DNA of 33,854 bases from Bacteroidales bacterium (lineage in GTDB: Bacteria > Bacteroidota > Bacteroidia > Bacteroidales > UBA7960). The stretch is from contig SLSG01000177.1 of the NCBI GenBank assembly GCA_007130545.1, positions 1 through 33,854 on the forward strand, read 5' to 3'. The translations under genes were made by a program, and so were the position numbers. Under the pieces are notes generated by a model, which was not told the DNA's origin, searched no databases, and saw only the letters and a program-made list of their open reading frames with translations. Shown piece after piece: positions 1 to 7,590 of this stretch (positions within the stretch are counted from its first letter, which is position 1; the number at the start of each line of letters is the position of its first letter).

Positions 1-412
1 CATGGTCTTCTCCCTCGGCATGTGCTTCGTCCTCATGGTCACAATCCTCCCCATGCACGTGCTCTTCATTCAGGGCATCCAGGTTGCGCACCTCTGTCTT
101 TACGATGCCGGTGGCCACCACATGCCTGCCTTCAAGCTCCGGGTTGAACGACGGGGTAAAATCACCCAGCATGACCAGGATGCTGAATGCCTCGTCATCG
201 GTCTGTACCACCCGCATCTTATCCCCGCTATGCCGGCAGATATGCCCGATAGTACCCTCGAAACTTACCAGGTGGTCTTCGAGTTCCAGGGGATTGCCCA
301 CGATTCCGGCGATCAGGTATTCCTCTGCCACGGCCTCTGCCTGCCGGGCATCCTGTGTTCCGCAGGAAACCATCAGTATCCCTGCGAACAATGCCAATAA
401 TGCTCTCTTCAT
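1..412 (-). CDS. Putative lipoprotein, first 137 codons; the gene continues past the left edge
   Basis: This gene is not in the supplied ORF track, because it has no stop codon inside the window. The reverse complement from the ATG at 412-410 reads MKRALLALFAGILMVSCGTQDARQAEAVAEEYLIAGIVGNPLELEDHLVSFEGTIGHICRHSGDKMRVVQTDDEAFSILVMLGDFTPSFNPELEGRHVVATGIVKTEVRNLDALNEEHVHGEDCDHEDEAHAEGEDH. I checked it codon by codon and it has no stop down to position 2. It has a signal peptide plus a lipobox-like L-M-V-S-C, then a His/Asp/Glu/Cys-rich stretch. The + strand ORFs 2..400 and 84..440 look like its antisense shadows. Confidence 0.7.
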   Translation of the reverse strand, partial: MKRALLALFAGILMVSCGTQDARQAEAVAEEYLIAGIVGNPLELEDHLVSFEGTIGHICRHSGDKMRVVQTDDEAFSILVMLGDFTPSFNPELEGRHVVATGIVKTEVRNLDALNEEHVHGEDCDHEDEAHAEGEDH

Positions 413-438
413 TTTGCTGTGTTTAGGTTTTATTGGTT

Positions 439-465
439 AATGGTTTTTTTATGATGAAAACCATT
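439..465. promoter_or_regulatory. Perfect 9-bp inverted repeat (AATGGTTTT-N9-AAAACCATT) in a divergent promoter region; candidate operator
   Basis: Read directly from the sequence: 439-447 AATGGTTTT, loop 448-456, 457-465 AAAACCATT. It lies between the start of the minus-strand lipoprotein gene (412) and the plus-strand RQC/HRDC gene (517). It follows no gene end, so it is not a terminator. Confidence 0.3.
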
Positions 466-516
466 GCGAAATTACTTAAAATCCGGTTCAGTCACACAAA
501 AAAACGCTAATTTTAC

Positions 517-1203
517 ATGACGGAACGCAGAGAACCAAACCTCACCAAACAGTGGCTTATGGCGGCATACGAAAACCAGACGGCAAGCATCCTCTCCGAA
601 TTTGAAATAACGGTGGCCAGAATCGTGCTGGCCTGCCTGGAGGAGCTTCCGGTGAACCTTGGGGTCAGGCGCACCATCGACGTGCTGAAAGGGAATCGTT
701 CCCCTTTTGCCATCAACAATGACCTGTTGCAGCTAAAGACCTTTTCGGCCCTTACCGGTTTTACAAGGGACCAGCTGTCTGAGATCATCGACTCACTGAT
801 CAACCACGAATTGGTGGATTTTGAGAAGGAAATGCAGGACGGACAGTCCCATCCGGTTATCAGAATAAGCGAAAAAGGCCGTCAGTACCTCAGGGGGGAG
901 TCCACCGGGACCATCCCTCTGCTGGATATTCTGGCTGACCGGGATGTGCCGGACATTCCGCAGGAGGACCAGGACTTGTTTTACAAGCTTAAGCTGACCC
1001 GCAGGCAACTTGCAGAAGAAGACGATTACCCCGCCTTTATGGTTTGCAGCGATGCGGTCCTGCGGTCCATTTGCCTGAAAAAACCATCGGAGCCTGACCA
1101 GCTGGAACGCATCAAAGGGGTCGGAAAGACCTTCATGCAGCAATACAGCAAACCGTTTTTGTACGTTATCCGGCAATACATCACCCGGGAAAAAGGATCC
1201 TAG
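517..1203 (+). CDS. Standalone RQC (winged-helix) + HRDC domain protein, resembling the RecQ C-terminal half with no helicase core
   Basis: 228-aa ORF. The N-terminal part (ARIVLACLEELPVNLGVRRTIDVLKGNRS...TGFTRDQLSEIIDSLINHELV...IRISEKGRQYLRGE) resembles the RecQ RQC winged helix. The C-terminal part (DLFYKLKLTRRQLAEEDDYPAFMVCSDAVLRSICLKKPSEPDQLERIKGVGKTFMQQYSKPFLYVIRQY) matches the HRDC pattern of RecQ. The start could instead be Met15 (559), because a TAATTTTA near-match to the -7 box sits at 508-515. Confidence 0.72.
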   Translation: MTERREPNLTKQWLMAAYENQTASILSEFEITVARIVLACLEELPVNLGVRRTIDVLKGNRSPFAINNDLLQLKTFSALTGFTRDQLSEIIDSLINHELVDFEKEMQDGQSHPVIRISEKGRQYLRGESTGTIPLLDILADRDVPDIPQEDQDLFYKLKLTRRQLAEEDDYPAFMVCSDAVLRSICLKKPSEPDQLERIKGVGKTFMQQYSKPFLYVIRQYITREKGS

Positions 1204-1209
1204 AAGCTG

Positions 1210-2103
1210 ATGGAAGTTAGATTAGGCGAACTGGCCGCCCTGTTTACCGCATGTTGCTGGACCGTCACCGCACTGGCATTCGAATCGGCCAGCCGCAAGG
1301 TCGGCAGCGTGGCCGTAAACATCATCCGCCTGGTCATGGCCCTGGTTCTGCTTACGTTGTTTTCCTGGATACGGCGCGGCGTTCCTCTTCCGGTCGATGC
1401 CAGCCTGCATGCATGGTTCTGGCTCGCCATGTCCGGACTGGCGGGATTCGTGGTGGGGGACCTCTTCCTGTTCAAGGCTTTTACAGTGATTGGTTCCAGG
1501 CTATCCATGCTGGTAATGACGCTGGTTCCCCCCATTGCGGCATTGACCGGATGGCTGCTGATGGGCGAGGTGCTGGGATGGATCCATATCCTGGGCATGA
1601 CTATGACCATGTCGGGGATCGCCCTGGTGATCTTCCACAAGCATGCGGGCAAGCCAAATGCACCCGAAAGACCCCCCATAAAGGGCCTGCTTTTTGCTCT
1701 TGGCGGGGCCTTCGGACAAGCAATTGGATTGGTCCTCAGTAAGTTTGGGATGGGAGATTTCGATCCATTCGCCTCCACCCAGATCCGCGTGATGGCCGGC
1801 ATATTCGGGTTCACCATTCTAATACAGGTTTTCCGCCGCTGGCTATCTGTCGGACAGGCCACCCGGAACCGCAAGGCCATGGCGCTGATGTTGCTTGGGG
1901 CCACATTCGGTCCCTTTCTGGGCGTCTCCTTTTCCCTGATCGCGGTGCAAAACACGGCCACCGGCATCGCCTCCACCATCATGGCCATCACCCCCATTTT
2001 GATCATCCCGCCCACATTGATATTTTTCAAACAGAAGATCAGCTGGCAGGAAGTGACGGGTGCGCTGGTCAGCGTGGGCGGGGTGGCACTGTTTTTTCTG
2101 TGA
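1210..2103 (+). CDS. DMT superfamily (EamA-like) transporter
   Basis: 297-aa polytopic membrane protein with about 10 hydrophobic segments arranged as two EamA-like halves (ALFTACCWTVTALAFESASRKVGSVAVNIIRL... and LFALGGAFGQAIGLVLSK...). Confidence 0.82.
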   Translation: MEVRLGELAALFTACCWTVTALAFESASRKVGSVAVNIIRLVMALVLLTLFSWIRRGVPLPVDASLHAWFWLAMSGLAGFVVGDLFLFKAFTVIGSRLSMLVMTLVPPIAALTGWLLMGEVLGWIHILGMTMTMSGIALVIFHKHAGKPNAPERPPIKGLLFALGGAFGQAIGLVLSKFGMGDFDPFASTQIRVMAGIFGFTILIQVFRRWLSVGQATRNRKAMALMLLGATFGPFLGVSFSLIAVQNTATGIASTIMAITPILIIPPTLIFFKQKISWQEVTGALVSVGGVALFFL

Positions 2104-2133
2104 GATATCCACGGGAAACATTAAAAACAAGAC

Positions 2134-4353
2134 ATGCCGATCCGACGAAGAATATATATTAATAAAAAGACCTGGAAAGAGATTTCCCGCTGGCTGCCAA
2201 AGGCCGGGCTTTTTGCCGCATTGGCTGCGGTACTGGCCGTGGTCTTGCTCTGGCTGTCGGTCCGGCTTGGATTATTTGGTGAAATACCCTCGGTCAATGA
2301 ACTGAATGCCATACAAAACCATAATTCATCAGAGGTATATTCGTCGGATGGAGTACTGCTGGGAAAATACTATTTCCTTGACCGCACGAGCATACTGCTG
2401 GATGACATCCCCCACCATACCATCGATGCCCTGATCGCCACCGAGGACATCCGGTTTTTCCGTCACCGCGGCACCGATTACCGCAGCCTGGGAAGGGTGC
2501 TGGTGAAAAACCTGTTAATGGGACAGCGCAGTGCGGGGGGTGGCAGCACGATCACAAGGCAACTGGCAAAGAACCTGTATCCGCGATTGGGCAAAGGAAT
2601 GGCTGGTCTTGCTGCGGAAAAGATCCGGGAAGGGGTGATCGCGCGCAGGCTGGAGAAAGCTTACAACAAGGAGGAGATCCTGGCGCTCTACCTGAACACC
2701 GTACATTTCGGGGAGAATGTTTTCGGTATTTCCGCCGCCGCACAAAGGTTTTTCAACAAGCCGGCCCATGCGCTTCAACCCGAGGAAGGGGCCGTGCTGA
2801 TAGGCATGCTGAAGGCAGGTACCACCTACAACCCGCGACTGTTTCCGGAGCGTTCACTGATCCGCCGCAATACGGTGATCGGGCAGCTTGAGAAGTATGA
2901 TTTTATCCCGGCCGAAATGGCAGATTCCCTGAGGTCACTGCCCCTGCATTTCGACTACACCCCTCTGACCCATGCAGACGGACCCGCACCCTATTTCCGG
3001 GAGCGGCTGCGGCTGGAGCTGATGCGTTGGCTGGAAGAATACAATGAAACCCACGGGACGACCTACAACCTGTATACAGACGGTCTCAGGATCCATACCA
3101 CCATTGATGCAGCGCTGCAGGCATTGGCGGAGGAAAGCTTCCAAAACCACTTGCTTACGCTGCAGACGCGGACTGACCAGCATTACCGCCTGGCCACTCC
3201 CGAACGGGTCAGTGCCTTGCTGGATCAGTTGGGCAGCAAGCCGGGCTCAGACCGGGACTCGATCTTTCAGGCGCAAATGCAGGTGCATGGCGCTCTGGTC
3301 TCTATCGAGCCGGGAACCGGGTATGTGCGGGCCTGGATCGGAGGCAAGGACATACGCAGGTTCCAGTTTGACAATGTGGTTTCCAGGCGTCAGGCGGGTT
3401 CTGCGTTTAAGCCTTTCATCTATGCGGCGGCACTGGAAGCTGGGGCCAATCCGTGCGAATTCATTACAAATGCCCCCCTTGTATTGGAAGAATACGGCCA
3501 TTGGTCACCGAGGAATGTGGATGGCAATTACGAGGGATACTACAGCATGGCCGGTGCCATGGCCCGATCGGTGAACACGATCTCTGTCAGGTACCTGCTG
3601 CAGGCTGGTTTTACGCCGGCCATCAGCCTGGCAGAGCGGGCCGGCATGCAGGGTCCGTTTCCCAGGGTGCCCTCCCTGGCATTGGGAACCACAGAGGTGT
3701 CCCTGCTTGAGCTGACTGCTGCCTACTCGATATTCCCCGGCGCAGGAATTCCCGTGAGCCCGCGTTGGCTTTTACGCATCGAAGATGCAGAGGGGAACCT
3801 GCTATTTACGGCTCCGGGGCCTTCCCCCCTGCCCGCCTGCCTCACGCAAGACAACGCCCGGGTGATGAATGCCATCCTGCAGGGAGTCACCCACTACGGA
3901 ACGGCGGCACAAGTGGGCGGACGCCTGGGTGCACGCATGGATGCGTCCGGCAAGACCGGCACCACACAGCACAACATCGACTCATGGTTCATTGGGTATA
4001 CACCCGGACTGATCACCGGGGTGTGGACCGGAGTGGAAAATCCGGCATTTGCAAGGACCTATCCCCTGCCCTTCGGGTCTGCAGCTTCAGCTGTGCCAAT
4101 ATGGACCTCCTTCATGGAAAAGTCAAACCTGCTGCCTGCCACCAGGCACTACGCTTCGGGGAGATTTGATCCGCTTCCCGAACACCTGGCAGCCTTGCTG
4201 GACTGCCCCCACTACCTGGAAGAGATTCAAAGGGAATCATTGCTTGACCGGATATTCAGGCGGGAACCGGACCGCCAGGGCTTGGAACGGGAAGACAGCC
4301 TGGCCCCGCGCCGCCGAAGCCTGATCAGAAGGATTATAGAGGAATTATTTTAA
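2134..4353 (+). CDS. Class A penicillin-binding protein (PBP1A family; glycosyltransferase + transpeptidase)
   Basis: 739 aa with an N-terminal membrane anchor. GT51 motifs EDIRFFRHRG and GGSTITRQLAKN are present. Transpeptidase motifs SAFKP (SxxK), SVN and KTGTT are present. Confidence 0.95.
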   Translation: MPIRRRIYINKKTWKEISRWLPKAGLFAALAAVLAVVLLWLSVRLGLFGEIPSVNELNAIQNHNSSEVYSSDGVLLGKYYFLDRTSILLDDIPHHTIDALIATEDIRFFRHRGTDYRSLGRVLVKNLLMGQRSAGGGSTITRQLAKNLYPRLGKGMAGLAAEKIREGVIARRLEKAYNKEEILALYLNTVHFGENVFGISAAAQRFFNKPAHALQPEEGAVLIGMLKAGTTYNPRLFPERSLIRRNTVIGQLEKYDFIPAEMADSLRSLPLHFDYTPLTHADGPAPYFRERLRLELMRWLEEYNETHGTTYNLYTDGLRIHTTIDAALQALAEESFQNHLLTLQTRTDQHYRLATPERVSALLDQLGSKPGSDRDSIFQAQMQVHGALVSIEPGTGYVRAWIGGKDIRRFQFDNVVSRRQAGSAFKPFIYAAALEAGANPCEFITNAPLVLEEYGHWSPRNVDGNYEGYYSMAGAMARSVNTISVRYLLQAGFTPAISLAERAGMQGPFPRVPSLALGTTEVSLLELTAAYSIFPGAGIPVSPRWLLRIEDAEGNLLFTAPGPSPLPACLTQDNARVMNAILQGVTHYGTAAQVGGRLGARMDASGKTGTTQHNIDSWFIGYTPGLITGVWTGVENPAFARTYPLPFGSAASAVPIWTSFMEKSNLLPATRHYASGRFDPLPEHLAALLDCPHYLEEIQRESLLDRIFRREPDRQGLEREDSLAPRRRSLIRRIIEELF

Positions 4354-4365
4354 AGTTTTTGTTGC

Positions 4366-5841
4366 ATGGATGAGATCCAGACCGTGGCATTGGAAACCGA
4401 TCCCCATACCTTATGGTCTTTTGCCGGATACCTGCTGCTGATTGTTGCCATTGGGATCTATTCTGCCAGGTTCTCTTCCATGGGAATCTCCAACTACTTC
4501 ATCGGGGGCAGGAAAATGAGTATGCTGGTGGTCGCCCTTTCTGCAGTGGTGAGCGGGCGCAGCGCCTGGCTGCTGCTCGGGGTGACCGGGATGGCATTTG
4601 TTATGGGGATCTCCGCACTGTGGGCGGTGCTGGGATACACCGTGGTGGAATTTTTCCTGTTTTTTTTCTACGCACCGCGGATCAGGGCTTTCAGTGAAAC
4701 ACACGACTGCATTACGCTACCTGATTTTTTCTCGGCGCGCTTCGGGGACAAAAAAGGATGGCTGCGCATCATCGTGGTGTGCATCATCATCCTGTTCATG
4801 GTTGCTTACGTCTCTGCCCAATTCGTGGCCGGGGGAAAGGCCTTTCACTCCAGCTTCCATACCGGGGAAACCAACGGACTGCTGATCACCGCGGCCATCA
4901 TCCTGTTCTATACCATGGTGGGCGGTTTTCTGGCGGTATCCCTGACCGACACAATACAGGGCATTTTTATGGTCATCGCGCTGATCGTACTGCCGGTAAT
5001 CGCCATCATGCACCTGGGAGGGTTTGCGGAGTTCTACCACATGGCCGCTGCTTTGGAGGACGGTACATTTTTCAATCCCTTTGCCCTGGGTGCAGGCGCC
5101 CTGGCAGGATTTCTCGGAATCGGACTGGGTTCCCCGGGCAATCCGCACATCATTGCCCGCTATATGTCCATTAAAAACCCTGCCCGTCTGAAGATGGTGG
5201 CCCTTGTCGGCACATCGGCCAACTTTCTTATGGCCCTGGGGGCATTGGCCACAGGCATGGCCGGGAGATTGTTCTACCCGGAGGCTGCCATGCTCCCGGG
5301 AGGAGATCCGGAGAATATCTACCCCGTGCTGGCCAGCCAGCACCTCTCCCCCATACTCTTCGGGGTGGTCATCGCCTCCATTTTCGCAGCCATCATGTCC
5401 ACCGCCGACTCTCAATTGCTGGTGGCCGCATCAGCCGTGGTGCGCGATATCTATGAAAAGCTCATCTGCAAGGGCAAGGCCCTCCCCCAGAAAAAACTGG
5501 TGGTGCTGAGCCGCCTGGTGGTGGTGGTGCTGGTGGTCATCTCCCTGCTGCTGGGACTGATGGCCGAGAGCCTGGTCTTTTGGCTGGTGCTGTTTGCATG
5601 GGCCGGACTGGGGGCTGCATTCGGACCCACCAGCATTCTGGCCCTTTTCTGGAAGGGGACCACCCGGCAGGGGGTGATGGCAGGAATGGTCAGCGGGGCC
5701 GTGTGCGTAATCCTGTGGAACCGCCTGCCGGCATTGTCCGGACTGATCTACGAGCTGATTCCTGCATTTTTGCTTTCATTCACCGTGACGGTCATCGTCA
5801 GCCTGGCGACCCGCGAAAAACTGGCCAAGCGCAAGGAGTGA
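4366..5841 (+). CDS. Sodium:solute symporter family protein (PutP/PanF-like)
   Basis: 491 aa with about 13 TM segments. The N-terminal pattern YFIGGRKMS...ALSAVVSGRSAWLLLGVTG is typical of SSF transporters such as Na+/proline symporters. The substrate cannot be assigned from sequence alone. Confidence 0.82.
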   Translation: MDEIQTVALETDPHTLWSFAGYLLLIVAIGIYSARFSSMGISNYFIGGRKMSMLVVALSAVVSGRSAWLLLGVTGMAFVMGISALWAVLGYTVVEFFLFFFYAPRIRAFSETHDCITLPDFFSARFGDKKGWLRIIVVCIIILFMVAYVSAQFVAGGKAFHSSFHTGETNGLLITAAIILFYTMVGGFLAVSLTDTIQGIFMVIALIVLPVIAIMHLGGFAEFYHMAAALEDGTFFNPFALGAGALAGFLGIGLGSPGNPHIIARYMSIKNPARLKMVALVGTSANFLMALGALATGMAGRLFYPEAAMLPGGDPENIYPVLASQHLSPILFGVVIASIFAAIMSTADSQLLVAASAVVRDIYEKLICKGKALPQKKLVVLSRLVVVVLVVISLLLGLMAESLVFWLVLFAWAGLGAAFGPTSILALFWKGTTRQGVMAGMVSGAVCVILWNRLPALSGLIYELIPAFLLSFTVTVIVSLATREKLAKRKE

Positions 5842-5867
5842 GCCTTGCCTGCCTGGCCGGTAAAATG

Positions 5868-5910
5868 TTTGCGCCGCGGGCAGGTCCATCAGACCTGCCC
5901 GCGGCGCAAA
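5868..5910. terminator. Bidirectional intrinsic terminator: perfect 18-bp stem, 7-nt loop
   Basis: TTTGCGCCGCGGGCAGGT (5868-5885), CCATCAG, ACCTGCCCGCGGCGCAAA (5893-5910). It lies between the convergent symporter gene (ends 5841) and the Spy-like gene (ends 5946). The TTT/AAA flanks allow function on both strands. Confidence 0.75.
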
Positions 5911-5945
5911 TACGGGGCGATTCAGCAACCAGGTATTAATACTTT

Positions 5946-6446
5946 CTACCGCATCCGGTGCATCCGGCCCGGACGCATGGCTTGTCCACGGCCTCCCCTC
6001 CCCATGGGTCCGACTGCCCGGGCGTCATAGATTGCACGCTGTTCATCCGTGAGCAGGGCACGGACCGCCTGCCGGTGTGCGGCAGCTTCTTTCAAATGGG
6101 CGGAACGAAGGCTTTCCATCTGGTCAATGAGGGCATCTACCTGGGCCATGTCCGGACTGGCCTGCACTGACAACTCACGCTTTTTGGCACGCAAGGCATC
6201 CATTTGTGCCCTGTGTTGCACGCCTTGTTCCAGGCGCTTGCTGCGCAAGGCGGAAATGGACTCCTGCTGCGCTTCACTAAGACCGGCAATGGCCAGGCAT
6301 TGATCCTGCCTCAGCATCGCGCGCTCCTGGCGGATGGGTCGGTCGTAGGACTGCTGCCTGGCACCGGGGCGTCTCTGGGAAATGGCCTCGAATGCAGACA
6401 GCATTACAAATCCTGAAACCATGAGATATACAATTGCTTTTTTCAT
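5946..6446 (-). CDS. Spy/CpxP-family periplasmic protein (LTXXQ-motif chaperone / metal-stress protein)
   Basis: I prefer the start at MKKAIVYLMVSGFVMLSAFEAISQ (a signal peptide; ATG at 6446-6444) over the track start at 6473. The rest is helical and Q/R/A-rich with LTXXQ-like motifs (LSEAQQESI, LTDEQRAIY). The tail is Arg/Gly-rich. Confidence 0.68.
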   Translation of the reverse strand: MKKAIVYLMVSGFVMLSAFEAISQRRPGARQQSYDRPIRQERAMLRQDQCLAIAGLSEAQQESISALRSKRLEQGVQHRAQMDALRAKKRELSVQASPDMAQVDALIDQMESLRSAHLKEAAAHRQAVRALLTDEQRAIYDARAVGPMGRGGRGQAMRPGRMHRMR

Positions 6447-6597
6447 AATGGATAAAATATAGTGGTTAAACAATCGACTTTACTCTTTTGACTAAGTCAG
6501 ACCGGAAAGGTTTAATGGACATAAACCGGGCAGGCTTAATGCGCTGCCGGACCGAAACAATTTTCCCTTATAGTTGTTGAAAATGAAAAGGATTTTT

Positions 6598-6605
6598 TAC
6601 TTTTG
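6598..6605 (+). promoter_or_regulatory. Bacteroidota-type -7 promoter box (TACTTTTG)
   Basis: Exact match to TAnnTTTG, 52 nt upstream of the ATG at 6657. Confidence 0.45.
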
Positions 6606-6656
6606 TCTGCGATCAGAAACAGCACATCTTTACCCACAAAAATTAAATCGGCACAG

Positions 6657-7181
6657 ATGAATAGGAAGGTTCTCTCCCCCAAGATTTTGATTATTAGCGG
6701 AATCATTTTGTTCGCAGCCATGATGCGACTGGTTCCCCACTACCCCAATTTTACACCCATCGCGGCCATTGCCCTGTTCGGAGGAGCCCATTTCGGGAAA
6801 CGCTGGCTGGCCCTTTTTGTACCCCTCTTTGCCTTATTCATCAGTGACCTGTTCCTGGGCTTTCACGGAATGATGGTTGCCGTATACATCAGCTTTGCCC
6901 TGGTGGTAGGGATCGGGACGCTGCTGCGGAACAGGATCCGCATAGCACCTGTCCTGGGTGCCACCATCGGAGGTTCCCTGCTGTTTTACCTCGTGACCAA
7001 TTTTGCGGTTTGGGCCGGCAGCCCTTTTTATCCGCAGAGCTTTGGCGGACTGATCAGCTGTTATGTTGCGGCCCTTCCGTTTTTCCACAGCAGCTTGCTG
7101 GGGGACCTGTTCTACAGCGGCGTCTTTTTCGGTGGCTACTACCTGGCTGAACAATACTATCCCGCATTGAAGCGGGCTTAG
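6657..7181 (+). CDS. Small polytopic membrane protein, DUF6580-like (family name from memory, not verified)
   Basis: I prefer the start at MNRKVLSPKILIISGIILFAAMMRLVPHYPNFTPIAAIALFGGAHFGKRW (ATG 6657, in frame with track ORF 6603..7181). The first 18 codons of the track ORF overlap the promoter box. The protein has 5-6 TM segments and the C-terminal motif FAVWAGSPFYPQSFGGLISCYVAALPFFHSSLLGDLFY. Confidence 0.6.
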   Translation: MNRKVLSPKILIISGIILFAAMMRLVPHYPNFTPIAAIALFGGAHFGKRWLALFVPLFALFISDLFLGFHGMMVAVYISFALVVGIGTLLRNRIRIAPVLGATIGGSLLFYLVTNFAVWAGSPFYPQSFGGLISCYVAALPFFHSSLLGDLFYSGVFFGGYYLAEQYYPALKRA

Positions 7182-7254
7182 GTGCCTTTCAAAGGAATTC
7201 ACGGGCTTTTTTTCCAATGCCATCCGTTGGTTTGTCATCTCCACGGATAATGCG

Positions 7255-7262
7255 TATTTTTG
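7255..7262 (+). promoter_or_regulatory. Bacteroidota-type -7 promoter box (TATTTTTG) with an upstream TTTG at 7231-7234
   Basis: Exact TAnnTTTG match. A TTTG lies 21 nt upstream, consistent with the -33 element. The box is 37 nt upstream of the ATG at 7299. Confidence 0.5.
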
Positions 7263-7298
7263 TGCTTAGGCAAAACCGACAAAACAAGTCCAGGTAAC

Positions 7299-7565
7299 AT
7301 GGCCCTCACATTTTTCAAGACTCCGAAGAACAAAAAGTTCAATTACCGGCCCCTTTACTATGACCAGAAAAAGGAGGAACGGGAAAAGCTGCAGAAAACC
7401 GCCCTGGAGGACAAGGGCCAGGATTATGAGCAGGCGCTGAGAGACCGCATGCGCATGCGTTGGAAAAGAAGTGCCGGGGCAACCGACAAAAAGGCATCCA
7501 ACCAGCGGCTGGTCATCATACTGGTAGTCATCTTCCTGCTTTTTTACCTGGTCTTTTTCATCTAA
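7299..7565 (+). CDS. Small charged protein with a C-terminal transmembrane anchor (hypothetical)
   Basis: 88 aa from the ATG at 7299: MALTFFKTPKNKKFNYRPLYYDQKKEEREKLQKTALEDKG...NQRLVIILVVIFLLFYLVFFI. It is Lys/Arg/Glu-rich and ends in a single hydrophobic helix. It sits 25 nt upstream of mutL, behind a good promoter box. Confidence 0.5.
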   Translation: MALTFFKTPKNKKFNYRPLYYDQKKEEREKLQKTALEDKGQDYEQALRDRMRMRWKRSAGATDKKASNQRLVIILVVIFLLFYLVFFI

Positions 7566-7590
7566 GCCCTTTAACTGACCGGATCTTCCC

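Noticed and set aside
2-440. Track ORFs 2..400 (+) and 84..440 (+), 132 and 118 aa
   Set aside because: Their sequences are Cys/His/Pro-rich with no recognisable features. The opposite strand encodes a convincing signal-peptide lipoprotein over the same span, so these are antisense shadow ORFs.
6496-6520. GTCAGACCGGAAAGG, superficially like the SRP (4.5S) RNA helix-8 motif GUCAGGUCCGGAAGGAAGCAGCC
   Set aside because: The conserved AGCAGCC strand and the symmetric and asymmetric loops are absent. The flanking sequence cannot form the long SRP helix. The site also lies upstream of the predicted promoter.
6474-6656. Possible cobalamin or other riboswitch upstream of the DUF6580-like transporter gene
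   Set aside because: No B12-box (GCCACTG-like) or other riboswitch core I can recognise is present. Most of the spacer lies upstream of the -7 box, so it would not be in the mRNA leader.
6603-6656. Longer N-terminus of the membrane protein (track start 6603)
   Set aside because: The extra 18 codons overlap the TACTTTTG promoter box and are hydrophilic and non-conserved-looking. The MNRKVL... start at 6657 gives a typical N-terminus.
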